From: Balanoglossus misakiensis
Taxonomy: Eukaryota; Animalia; Hemichordata
DNA: 64,000 nucleotides
Direction: 5' to 3'
Assembly (NCBI GenBank): GCA_040954595.2
Contig: CM082590.2
Location: forward strand, 10,814,088 to 10,878,087
The notes under the pieces are model-generated. The model saw only the letters and a list, made by a program, of their open reading frames with translations. It did no database searches and was not told the DNA's origin. This document shows positions 13,491 through 25,946 of the stretch, piece by piece. Position 1 is the first letter of the stretch. Each line of letters starts with the position of its first letter. The position numbers were made by a program, and so were the translations under genes.

Positions 13491-14850
13491 AAGAGTCAGA
13501 GCAAGAGCCAGAGCCAGAGCCAGAGCAAGAGCCAGAGCAAGAGCCAGAGCAAGAGCAAGAGCCAGAGCAAGAGCCAGAGCAAGAGCCAGAGCCAGAGCCA
13601 GACGATGGGGATGCTGATGGTAATGGTGGTGGGGGTGCTTATGGTGGTGCTGATGATGGTGATGGCGATCATGTTGGTGATGGTGATGAAGATGCATCAC
13701 CAGCACCATTACCAACACGACCACACGACACGGGGGGAAGAAGAAGAAGACTACGCCGACGAAGACTTCGAAGACGACGACGACGACGAAGACTACGCCG
13801 GCGAAGGCGTCAGTGACGACGACGGCGACGACGACCATGGGGATGCTGATGGTGATGGTGGTGGGGGTGCTTATGGTGGTGCTGATGATCATGATGGTGA
13901 TGGTCCTTTTCCACAAAACTAGATTGGGAAAATGGATAAATTTATATGGGACTTGATCACTTATTTTCATTACAGTGCACACTGTTTATGTTTCTAGATC
14001 ACATTAAATAGGCACCATTTTTTAATTATTCTCATGACATTACTTTTCACTTGAATGGCCCATTGAAATGTGCTAATTAAGTGGATGGTATACACAAAAA
14101 TGTCAAACTCTGTTTGTAGAACAAGTGTTGCAACAATTTATACAACTACCCGTTGAAGGAATACAAATTATTGTGGTATGTGCACATGGGTATTACAATC
14201 CCCACAAAGATTGTTGGTATATTATCACTTAAAGGTAAAATGGCAGTTACTGGGTCTACTATAATTTTTTTTTTTATTTACAGCCGGGGGGAAGGGGATG
14301 ACGACGATGATGATGACAATGATGACTACGACGATGAAGATGATGATGAAGATGATGGCAGTGGCGGTGGCGGTGGTGGTGATGACGACGACGACGACGC
14401 CGAACCCGAACCGTAACCGTAACCGTAACCGGAGGAACCGGAGGAACCGTAACCGTAACCGGAGGAACCGGAGGAACCGTAACCGTAACCGGAGGAACCG
14501 GAGGAACCGGAACCGGAACCGGAACCGTAACCGGAGGAACCGGAGGAACCGTAACCGTAACCGGAGGAACCGTAACCGTAACCGGAGGAACCGTAACCGT
14601 AGGAACCGGAGGAACCGGAACCGGAACCGGAACCCGAAGGCGACGACGGCGACGATGGGGATGCTGTTGGTGATGGTGGTGGGGGTGCTTATGGTGGTGC
14701 TGATGATGGTGATGGCGATCATGTTGGTGATGGTGATGCTGATGCATCACCAGCACCATTACTAACACGACCACACGACACGGGGGGAAGAAGAAGAAGA
14801 AGAAAACGACGAAGACTACGGCGACGACCATGGGGAGGTCGATCGTCAAC
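11975..14850 (+). repeat. Triplicated intron-6/terminal acidic exon block with hexanucleotide microsatellites
   Basis: The same ~370-bp intron segment precedes acceptors at 12355, 13420 and 14284. The exons contain (GAACCG)n, (TAACCA)n, (GAGCCA/GAGCAA)n and (TAACCG)n runs. Confidence 0.85.
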
Positions 14851-16200
14851 AAATGTCCAGAAAAATTATGAAAGCAAGTTTTCCACGTTTTAAAATGGAG
14901 ACTTTATGTTAGAGAATATTTAGGGGTTATTACATTAAGTTTGGTCGATAACACATCATTTGTCCAGGAACATGTTATTGTTAATTATATCATGCTTTCT
15001 CAATCATGTATCAGGTTCACCACCACTTAAAAAAAGGATGTAAGTTTTCCAGCTATAATTTTAAAATGGATACTTTATGCTTGAGAATATTTATGGGTTA
15101 TTACACGAAGTTTGGTCGATAACGCATCATTTGTCCAGGAACATGTTATTGTTAATTATATCATGCTTTCTCAATCATGTATCAGGTCACCACCGCCTCA
15201 AAAAATGGGAACTGGCAACCATCATGGAGGCATTTTTAGAAAAATGCCCAAGTAAATACAGGACGCAAGTTTTCGAGCTATAATTTTAACATTGATACTT
15301 TATGCTTGAGAATATTTATGGGTTATTACACGAAGTTTGGTCGATAACGCATCATTTGTCCAGGAACATGTTATTGTTAATTATGTCATGCTTTCTCAAT
15401 CATGTATCAGGTCATCACCACAACCTAACGAAGAGGGACATGGCGACCATCATGTGTGCATTCATTCAAAAATGCCCAAGGAAATACAGGATGTAAGTTT
15501 TCCAGCTATAATTTTAAAATGGAGACTTTATGCTTGAGAATATTTAGGGGTTATTACATTAAGTTTGGTCGATATCGCATCATTTGTCCAGGAACATGTT
15601 ATTGTCAATTATGTCATTCTTTCTCAATCATGTATCAGGTCACCACCGCCTCAAAAAAAACGGGAACTGGCAACCATCATGGAGGCATTTCTAGAAAAAT
15701 GCCCAACAAAATACAGGATGTAAGTTTTCCAGCTATAATTTTAAAATGGATGCTTTATGCTTGAGAATATTTATGGGTTATTACACGAACTTTGGTGATA
15801 TCGCATCATTTGTCCAGGAACATGTTATTGTTAATTATGTCATGCTTTCTCAATCATGTATCAGGTCAACACAACCTATTGAAGAGGGACATGGCGACCA
15901 TCATGTGTGCATTTATTAGAAAATGTCCCACCCGATATAAAATGCAAGTTTTCCAGCTATAATTTTAAAATGGAAACTTTATGCTTGAGAATATTTAGAG
16001 GTTATTACACGAAGTTTGGTTGATATCGCATCATATTTGAAAGATGTTTCCGTATTTTGATGAGTTGCAAAGCAACAATAAAAGTACTGAATGGTCCCCT
16101 GCCCCAATCCCACCGCTGGCTGCGCTTCACTAAAGGGAAAGGGTCAGACGCCTAAAATTCTGATAAACGGCCAGAAATTTGAACCGGGTGTCCTGAGATC
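14850..16200 (+). repeat. ~226-bp tandem array of exon-6 variants of the NRF1-like gene
   Basis: The acceptor tcaatcatgtatcag precedes exons at ~15015 (internally deleted), 15186, 15411, 15639 (+2 frameshift) and 15865. The last four alternate between KKWELATIMEAF and KRDMATIMCAF types. Confidence 0.85.
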
Positions 16201-16204
16201 GCGG

Positions 16205-17500
16205 CAGTAGTTGTTTGATGATATTAGAGATGAATCATGCATATTTTTTTCAGTTTTTATGGTTCAAAGACAATGGATACAAGTAACCCAAAAGGTTTGT
16301 AGTGTTCTTATTAAGTGCAAGAATTCATATGAACATTTCAAATATATTATTACTCATGGGCATGTCACCAAAACATTCTAAGAACGACACTTAAATATAT
16401 AGTAATCTTTGTGAAACATCATGTCATATCAAGATCTCATTTTCCATATCATTAGATAAACAAATTGTTGGCTATGGCCAATGAGCCATCTGTGGTAGTA
16501 TTATGTTTTAGTAACAAGAACAAAGTACAATGGACCGGTAAGTAACTCTTACTAAATACTTTGATTTCATTTAAGAAATTTGAAATTGTTTAACATTTTT
16601 CAAATGCAGGTGCCTTTACAACCAACATCAATGTAATTAAGGCGTTCAGAAAAGCGGCCTTCGGAAAAAAGGGAGTTAGTTTTGTCCATTTTAAGGTGAC
16701 TGCAGTGTCACATTGTTACGAAGAATAAAACACCCACAGTTATTGGAAAAGATATTTAAACGTGCATTTACTGGGATGCTTACTTACATATGTGTATTTG
16801 GAAATGTTTTATGATATTAACAGATGAATCATGCATATTTTTTCTATTTTTTGTTCAAAGATTAAAAGAAGAATTGAAAGCATAAGAAAAAAGGTCGACT
16901 CATTGGCCAATTTGGCCAATGAGCCGTCGGTGGTCGTCATGTTCCTAGATGGAAACAAGATCAAGTTTGGTACAAAATAGACCTGGGATGCTTACTAACA
17001 CTTACATATGTGTATTTGGCATGGTTATGTTTTATGATATTAACAGATGAATCATGCATATTTTTTCTATTTTTTGTTCAAAGATTAAAAGGAAATTGCG
17101 CCGGCAATGGCCGCAAGTTGAAAGAAAGGTTTGTAGTCGGTGGTCGTCATGTTCCTAGTAGATGGAAACAAGATCAAGTTTGGTACAAAATAGACCTGGG
17201 ATGCTTACTAACACTTACATATGTGTATTTGGCATAGTTATGTTTTATGATATTAACAGATAAATCATGCATATTTTTTCTATTTTTTGTTCAAAGATTA
17301 AAAGGAAATTGCGCCGGCAATGGCCGCAAGTTGAAAGAAAGGTTTGTAGTCGGTGGTCGTCATGTTCCTAGATGGAAACAAGATCAAGTTTGGTACAAAA
17401 TAGACCTGGGATGCTTACTAACACTTACATATGTGTATTTGGAAATGTTTTATGATATTAACAGATGAATCATGCATACTTTTTCAATGTTTTTTGTTCA
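16205..17500 (+). pseudogene. Chimeric NRF1-like exon 1-3 fragments and short exon-1 tandem units
   Basis: Repeats the 5110-5900 block. Fused exon 1+2 at ~16861; exon-1 variants IKRKLRRQWPQVERK at ~17084 and ~17297. Confidence 0.55.
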
Positions 17501-17503
17501 AAG

Positions 17504-19091
17504 GTTACACAAAGAAAAATAACGAGAGCGTGGAGGCAAATTGAAAGGAAGGTTTGTAGTGTGCTTAGTCAGTGAAAGAATTCATGTGAACAGTTCAAAT
17601 ATACAGTTAATCATTTGCATGTCACCAAAACGTTATTAAATGTAAAAGTACAACAGCCTAAATATAAGCAAGAACGACACTTAAGTATATAATAATCTTT
17701 GTGAAATATTATGTCATATCAACATCTCATTTTCCATATCATTAGATCAAAAAATGGCTGGAGATGGCCAAACAACCATCTGTGGTTGTTTTCTATTTCA
17801 AGAAAAATAAAGTGGAATGGACTGGTAAGTAACTGTTACTAAATACTTTGAAATATGATTTCATTTAAGAAAAGAAAATTGTCTTGCATAGACACTGTTT
17901 TTTACACACTTATTTTATGACTATGCATATTTATTTTCTAGCCTTAGAAGTGCGCTTTTTAATGTAAGGTTTTTAAAAATGCAGCTTTAAAAAGAGGTGA
18001 GAGTAAGTTTTGTTCGTTTTAAGGGTGACTGCAGAGTGACATTACAAATATTTCTTAGTTGTTTCATTTTTTGTCTGTGTCTGTCTAAATGCTAACTGTT
18101 TTTTTGTGATTTTACAAGGAAATGGATTGAAATGTTCTTCTGAAGATATATGCTCGGATTAAGTTTAAATGTGATGTGATTGAATGGTTTTCTTTGCTTA
18201 CTGATTATTTGCCCAAAAGGATAATAACTACTTTTATATTGTTGACTTTAGATCAAAAACTAACTTTTAAAAGCAGAGACGCTGAAGATTACAATGTCAC
18301 TGAGCTGCGAAAGAATATTACCAGGGCAGTTAGTGATAAAGGTAAGGTACCCGTTTTTAAGTTGCAAACACATATATACATACAGCTTGGAAATGAATCT
18401 TGCCTGGAAAGGATCTGTTACATTAATGTTGTTATTGACATTATTCTAATTATTTCTCTTTGTATTATGTAGGGCACCGCAATGACTGGAAGGGCCAACG
18501 CCCAGAATGGTGGCCCACAAGGGCTCCATTTAAATCCCCCAATGCTCGAAGTAAGTTTTGTTTGTATAATATAAGTGCCTTTGTTAATTGCTGTCAACAA
18601 TGATGTGTAGATCGACACTTGTGGGATTGACAGCATCTGTTATCTGTCTGCATTTATGTATGTACGGTAGTCACATGACCTGGTAGGAAAATTGAATTTT
18701 CTGAAAATCTTGAAATGGCTTCTCAAAAATTTTAAGTTGAAATTTTATGTGTGGCAAGTATGGTCTATACTCTTTTAAATGGTTGGCAGCAATATTGAAC
18801 TAATTCCTAATTACAAATGTTTATACCGTGCATTTCTTCTCAGTCACCAGTTTCTTAGTTACTATGTTTGTTTAATTGATCAATACATATTTGTGAAGAT
18901 ATTATCTACTGTCCCATTGGGGAAAACGTATCCAACGAAAAAAACAAAGATTTTTTATTGATTTATTATTATTATTTATTAATTAAAGCATTTTTTCTTA
19001 ATCATTTTTCAGCTAAAGAAAGCCTGAAAAGATTTCAGTTGGAGGCAATATTTCAGGCGTTCCTGGACAAATGTCCGCAAAAGTATAAAAT
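17504..19091 (+). CDS. NRF1-like protein, copy C (second sequence type; exon 3 mostly deleted)
   Basis: Exons 17504-17551, 17746-17824, 18252-18341, 18473-18550 and 19013-19091 splice in frame: VTQRKITRAWRQIERKIKKWLEMAKQPSVVVFYFKKNKVEWTDQKLTFKSRDAEDYNVTELRKNITRAVSDKGHRNDWKGQRPEWWPTRAPFKSPNARTKESLKRFQLEAIFQAFLDKCPQKYK. Confidence 0.5.
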
Positions 19092-22000
19092 GTAAGTTAT
19101 CCAGGTAGACGTTTTAAAATGGAGACTTTATGCTATTATGAAAACTGCCCATGTCAAATATTATTCCAAAATGGTTTGTCATGCACATGAAATATTTTTA
19201 AACTTTAAAATCATGGAAAAATCATGTTTATTTCTTGATATTTGGCCAAAATAATTTCAATATTAAATTTATGCAAATTAGACATATTTCCACATGGTGG
19301 ATTCGGGTGCATTTTTGATATGTTGTTCTAGACACCTCTCCACAGTATATTCTGAAAAAAAAATTCTGTTGCAATTTGTGGTGGGTCTAGCCCTATATTT
19401 ACTAGACTAAGTCAAAGAGCTGAGACAGCTTATTCAAAAAGCTGTCAGTACAACAGGCAAAAGGTATGTATGGAGCAGCCAAGCATATGAAGGGGTTCGC
19501 GACAAACAAAAGTATCCGAAAGGCTTTCAAAAAAGCAGCCTTAAAAAAGGTGAGAGTAAGTTTTGTTCGTTTTAAGGATGACTGCATTGTCACATTGTTA
19601 CGAAGAATAAAACAGTTATTGGAAAAGATATTTAAACGTGCATTTACTGGGATGCTTACTTACATATGTGTATTTGGAAATGTTTTATGATATTAACAGA
19701 TGAATCATGCATACTTTTTCTATTTTTTTTTCAAAGATTAAAAGAAGAATTGAGTCTTCTAAGAAAGGTTAACTCGTTGGCCAATTTGGCCAATGAGCCG
19801 TCGGTGGTCGTCATGTTCCTAGATGGAAACAAGATCAAGTGGAGTGGTAACTATTATTAAATATATTATGATTTCATTTAAGAAGAGAAAATTGTCCCGG
19901 CAATGGCCGCAAGTTAAAAGAAAGGTTTGTAGTGTTCTTATTAAGTTAAAGAATTCATGTGAACATTTCAAATATATTGTTACTCATTTGCATGTCACCA
20001 AAACATTCTATGTATTGAATGTAAAAGTACAACAGCTAGCCTATATATAAAGCTCATTGAGCTGCCCAGCAAGGACTACATAGATTATTCGGTTGTCGTC
20101 ATGTTCCTAGATGGAAACAAGATCAAGTGGAGTGGTAACTATTATTAAATATATTATGATTTCATTTAAGAAAAGAAAATTGTCTCGTATAAACACTGTT
20201 TTTTACACACACTTATTTTATGACTGCATATCAATTTTCCAGCCTTCGAAGCACGCTTTTTAACAACAACAATTTGAAATTGTTTAACAAGTGCCGGCAT
20301 ATGGTGGTTGGAAGTAGCCAATCAACCATCTGTGGTTGTTTGTTATTTCCACAACAAGTGCAATGGACTGGTAAGTAACTGTTACTAAATACTTTGAAAT
20401 ATGATTTCATTTAAGAAAACTGTCCTGTATAGACACTGTTTTTTACACAAACTTATTTTATGACTGTGCATATTTATTTTCTAGCCTTAGAAGCACGCTT
20501 TTTAACAACTAAAATTTGAAATTGTTTAACATTTTTCAAATGCAGGTGCCGGGCATATGATGGGATTCGCGACAAACCAAAGTATCCAAAAGGCTTTCAA
20601 AAAAGCAGCCTTAAAAAAAGGTGAGAGTAAGTTTTGTTCATTTTAAGGGTGACTGCATTCTCACATTGTTACGAAGAATAAAACAGTTATTGGAAAAGAT
20701 ATTTAAACGTGCATTTACTGGCCCAGGGATGCTTACTTACATAAGTGTATTTGGAAATGTTTTATGATATTAACAGATGAATCATGCATATTTTTTCAAT
20801 GTTCTTTGTTCAAAAGTTCAACAAAGAAAAATCAGGAGGGAGTGGATACACGTGTGTATTTGAATCTTGCAAATTTTTTTCTATTTTTTTTGTTCAACGA
20901 TCAAAAGTAAAATAAGAGAGATACGACGCAAGGTTTGTAGTGTTCTTATTAAGTGAAAGAATTCATGTGAACATTTCAAATATATTATTACTCATGGGCA
21001 TGTCACCAAAACATTCTGTGTATTGAATGTAAAAGTACAACAGCCTAAATATAAGCAAGAACGACACTAAAGTATATAATAATCTTTCTGAAATATTATG
21101 TCATATCAATATCTCATTTTCCATATCATTAGATCAAAAAATGGTTGGAAGTAGCCAATCAACCATCTGTGGTTGTTTTTTATTTCCGGAAAAATAAAGT
21201 GGAATGGACTGGTAAGTAACCGTTACTAAATATTTTGAAATATGATTTCATTTAAGAAAAGAAAATTGTCTTGCATAGACATTGTTTTTACACACTTATT
21301 TTATGACTATGCATATTTATTTTCTAGCCTTAGAAGTGCGCTTTTTAATGTGAGGAAGGCTTTTAAAAATGCAGCTTTAAAAAGAGGTGAGAGTAAGTTT
21401 TGTTCGTTTTAAGGGTGACTGCAGAGTGACATTACAAATATTTCTTAGTTGTTTCATTTTTTGTCTGTGTCTGTCTAAATGCTAACTGTTTTTTTGTGAT
21501 TTTATAAGGAAATGGATTGAAATGTTCTTCTGAAGATATATGCTCGGATTAAGTTTAAATGTGATGTGATTGAATGGTTTTCTTTGCTTACTGATTATTT
21601 GCCCAAAAGGATAATAACTACTTTTATATTGTTGACTTTAGATCAAAAACTAACTTTTAAAAGCAGAGACGCTGAAGATTACAATGTCACTGAGCTGCGA
21701 AAGAATATTACCAGGGCAGTTAGTGATAAAGGTAAGGTACCCGTTTTTAAGTTGCAAACACATATATACATACAGCTTGGAAATGAATCTTGCCTGGAAA
21801 GGATCTGTTACATTAATGTTGTTATTGACATTATTCTAATTATTTCTCTTTGTATTATGTAGGGCACCGAAATGATTGGAAAGGCCAACGCCCAGAATGG
21901 TGGCCCACAAGGGCTCCATTTCAATCCCCCAATGATCGAAGTAAGTTTTGTTTGTATAATATAAGTGCGTTTGTTAATTGCTGTCAACAATGATGTGTAG

Positions 22001-24750
22001 ATCGACACTTGTGGGATTGACAGCATCTGTTATCTGTCTGCATTTATGTATGTACGGTAGTCACATGACCTGGTAGGAAAATTGAATTTTCTGAAAATCT
22101 TGAAATGGCTTCTCAAAAATTCCAAGTTGAAATTTTGTGCCTGGAAAGTATGGTCTATGCTCTTTGAAATGGTTGGCAGCAATATTGAATTAATTCCTAA
22201 TTACAAATGTTTATACCGTGCATTTCTTCTCAGTCACCAGTTTCTTAGTTACTATGTTTGTTTAATTGATCAATACATATTTGTGAAGATATTATCTACT
22301 GTCCCATTGGGGAAAACGTATCCAACGAAAAAAACAAAGATTTTTTATTGATTTATTATTATTATTTATTAATTAAAGCATTTTGTCTTAATCATTTTTC
22401 AGCTAAAGAAAGCCTGAAAAGGTTTCAATTGGAGGCCATATTCCAGGCGTTCCTGGACAAATGCCCACAAAAATATAAAATGCAACTTTTCCAGGTAAGC
22501 GTTTTAAAATGGAGACTTTCTATACTTGAGAATATTTAGGGGTTATTACACGTAGTTTGGTCGATAACAAATAATTTCTCCATAAAGATTGTGATATATT
22601 ATCACTTAAAGGTAAAATGGCAGTTATTGGGTTTACTATAATTTTTTTTTTATTTACAGCCACGGAGAAGATAATCATCCTGATGATGAAGATGCTGTTG
22701 GGGACATTGCTGATGGGGACGATTCTGTCGGGGACATTGCTAATGGGGATGATGCTGATTTTATGTGTGGCAAGTATGGTCTATGCTCTTTTAAATGGTT
22801 GGCAGCAATATTGAACTAATTCCTAATTACAAATGTTTATACCGTGCATTTCTTCTCAGTCACCAGTTTCTTAGTTACTATGTTTGTTTAATTGATCAAT
22901 ACATATTTGTGAAGATATTATCTACTGTCCCATTGGGGAAAACGTATCCAACGAAAAAAACAAAGATTTTTTATTGATTTATTATTATTATTTATTAATT
23001 AAAGCATTTTTTCTTAATCATTTTTCAGCTAAAGAAAGCCTGAAAAGATTTCAGTTGGAGGCAATATTTCAGGCGTTCCTGGACAAATGTCCGCAAAAGT
23101 ATAAAATGTAAGTTATCCAGGTAGACGTTTTAAAATGGAGACTTTATGCTATTATGAAAACTGCCCATGTCAAATATTATTCCAAAATGGTTTGTCATGC
23201 ACATGAAATATTTTTAAACTTTAAAATCATGGAAAAATCATGTTTATTTCTTGATATTTGGCCAAAATAATTTCAATATTAAATTTATGCAAATTAGACA
23301 TATTTCCACATGGTGGATTCGGGTGCATTTTTGATATGTTGTTCTAGACACCTCTCCAAAGTATATTCTGAAAAAAAATTCTGTTGCAATTTGTGGTGGG
23401 TCTAGCCCTATATTTACTAGACTAAGTCAAAGAGCAGAGACAGCTTATTCAAAAAGCTGTCAGTACAACAGGCAAAAGGTATGTATGGAGCAGCCAAGCA
23501 TATGAAGGGGTTCGCGACAAACAAAAGTATCCGAAAGGCTTTCAAAAAAGCAGCCTTAAAAAAGGTGAGAGTAAGTTTTGTTCGTTTTAAGGATGACTGC
23601 ATTGTCACATTGTTACGAAGAATAAAACAGTTATTGGAAAAGATATTTAAACGTGCATTTACTGGGATGCTTACTTACATATGTGTATTTGGAAATGTTT
23701 TATGATATTAACAGATGAATCATGCATACTTTTTCTATTTTTTTTCAAAGATTAAAAGAAGAATTGAGTCTTCTAAGAAAGGTTAACTCGTTGGCCAATT
23801 TGGCCAATGAGCCGTCGGTGGTCGTCATGTTCCTAGATGGAAACAAGATCAAGTGGAGTGGTAACTATTATTAAATATATTATGATTTCATTTAAGAAGA
23901 GAAAATTGTCCCGGCAATGGCCGCAAGTTAAAAGAAAGGTTTGTAGTGTTCTTATTAAGTTAAAGAATTCATGTGAACATTTCAAATATATTGTTACTCA
24001 TTTGCATGTCACCAAAACATTCTATGTATTGAATGTAAAAGTACAACAGCTAGCCTATATATAAAGCTCATTGAGCTGCCCAGCAAGGACTACATAGATT
24101 ATTCGGTTGTCGTCATGTTCCTAGATGGAAACAAGATCAAGTGGAGTGGTAACTATTATTAAATATATTATGATTTCATTTAAGAAAAGAAAATTGTCTC
24201 GTATAAACACTGTTTTTTACACACACTTATTTTATGACTGCATATCAATTTTCCAGCCTTCGAAGCACGCTTTTTAACAACAACAATTTGAAATTGTTTA
24301 ACATTTTTCAAATGCAGGTGCCGGCATATGGTGGTTGGAAGTAGCCAATCAACCATCTGTGGTTGTTTTTTATTTCCACAACAAGTGCAATGGACTGGTA
24401 AGTAACTGTTACTAAATACTTTGAAATATGATTTCATTTAAGAAAAGAAAACTGTCCTGTATAGACACTGTTTTTTACACACACTTATTTTATGACTGTG
24501 CATATTCATTTTCTAGCCTTAGAAGCACGCTTTTTAACAACTAAAATTTGAAATTGTTTAACATTTTTCAAATGCAGGTGCCGGGCATATGATGGGGTTC
24601 GCGACAAGCCAAAGTATCCGAAAGGCTTTCAAAAAAGCAGCCTTAAAAAAGGTGAGAGTAAGTTTTGTTCATTTTAAGGGTGACTGCATTGTCACATTGT
24701 TACGAAGAATAAAACAGTTATTGGAAAAGATATTTAAACGTGCATTTACT
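18742..24750 (+). repeat. Direct segmental duplication, ~2 kb (18742-20720 vs 22758-24750)
   Basis: Near-identical sequence at an offset of ~4016 bp; duplicated ORFs at 18779/22795, 19466/23481 and 19823/23837. Confidence 0.85.
21133..22820 (+). pseudogene. NRF1-like copy D (damaged)
   Basis: Exons 21133-21211, 21642-21731, 21863-21940, 22403-22481 (GC donor) and an acidic exon from 22660 that is cut by a duplication junction at ~22758. The exon-1 acceptor is mutated (caacg) and exon 3 lacks its 5' half. Confidence 0.55.
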
Positions 24751-24824
24751 TGGATAAATGTTTACTTGTTTTATGATATTAACAGATGAATCATGCATAC
24801 TTTTTCAATGTTTTTTGTTCAAAG

Positions 24825-25946
24825 GTTACACAAAGAAAAATCACGAGAGAGTGGAGGCAAATTGAAAGGAAGGTTTGTAGTGTGCTTAGTCAGTGAAAGA
24901 ATTCATGTGAACAGTTCAAATATACAGTTAATCATTTGCATGTCACCAAAACGTTATTAAATGTAAAAGTACAACAGCCTAAATATAAGCAAGAACGACA
25001 CTTAAGTATATAATAATCTTTGTGAAATATTATGTCATATCAATATCTCATTTTCCATATCATTAGATCAAAAAATGGTTGGAGATGGCCAAACAACCAT
25101 CTGTGGTTGTTTTTTATTTCAAGAAAAATAAAGTGCAATGGACCGGTAAGTAACTGTTACTAAATACTTTGAAAAATGATTTCATTTAAGAAAAGAAAAT
25201 TGTCTCGTATAGACGCTGTATTTACACACTTATTTTATGACTGTGCATATTTATTTTCTAGCCTTAGAAGTACGCTTTTTAACAACCACAATTTGAAATT
25301 GTTTAACATTTTTCAAATGCAGATGCCCGCCATATGGCAAAATTTGCTAAAAACAAAAATATAAGGAAGGCGTTTAAAAATGCAGCTTTAGAAAAAGGTG
25401 AGAGTAAGTTTTGTTCATTTTAAGGGTGACTGCAGTGTGACATTACAAATATTTCTTAGTTGTTTCATTTTTTGTCGGTGTCTGTCTAAATGCTAACTTT
25501 TTTGTGATTTTATAAGGAAATGGATTGAAATGTTCTTCTGAAGATATATGCTCGGATTAAGTTTAAATGTGATGTGATTGAATAGTTTTCTTTGCTTACT
25601 GATTATTTGCCCAAAAGAATAATAACTACTTTTATATTGTTGACTTTAGATCAAAAACTAACTTTTAAAAGCAATGACGCAGAAGATTACACAGTCACTG
25701 AGCTGAGAAGAAATATTACCAGGGCAGTTAGTGATAAAGGTAAGGTACCCGTTTTTAAGTTGCAAACACATATATACATACAGCTTGGAAATGAATCTTG
25801 CCTGGAAAGGATCTGTTACATTAATGTTGTTATTGACATTATTCTAATTATTTCTTTGTATTATGTAGGGCACCGAAATGACTGGAAGGGCCACCGCCCA
25901 GAATGGTGGCCCACAAGGGCTCCATTTAAATCCCCCAATGCTCGAA
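24825..25946 (+). CDS. NRF1-like protein, copy E (exons 1-5 intact, 3' exons lost)
   Basis: Exons 24825-24872, 25067-25145, 25323-25397, 25650-25739 and 25869-25946 are in frame: VTQRKITREWRQIERKIKKWLEMAKQPSVVVFYFKKNKVQWTDARHMAKFAKNKNIRKAFKNAALEKDQKLTFKSNDAEDYTVTELRRNITRAVSDKGHRNDWKGHRPEWWPTRAPFKSPNAR. A rearrangement junction at ~26400 removes exon 6. Confidence 0.5.

Noticed and set aside
12296-14852. Long low-complexity ORFs (poly-RN, poly-WL, poly-LA, poly-VP)
   Set aside because: They are alternative-frame or antisense readings of hexamer microsatellites. The splice phase supports only the acidic frame.
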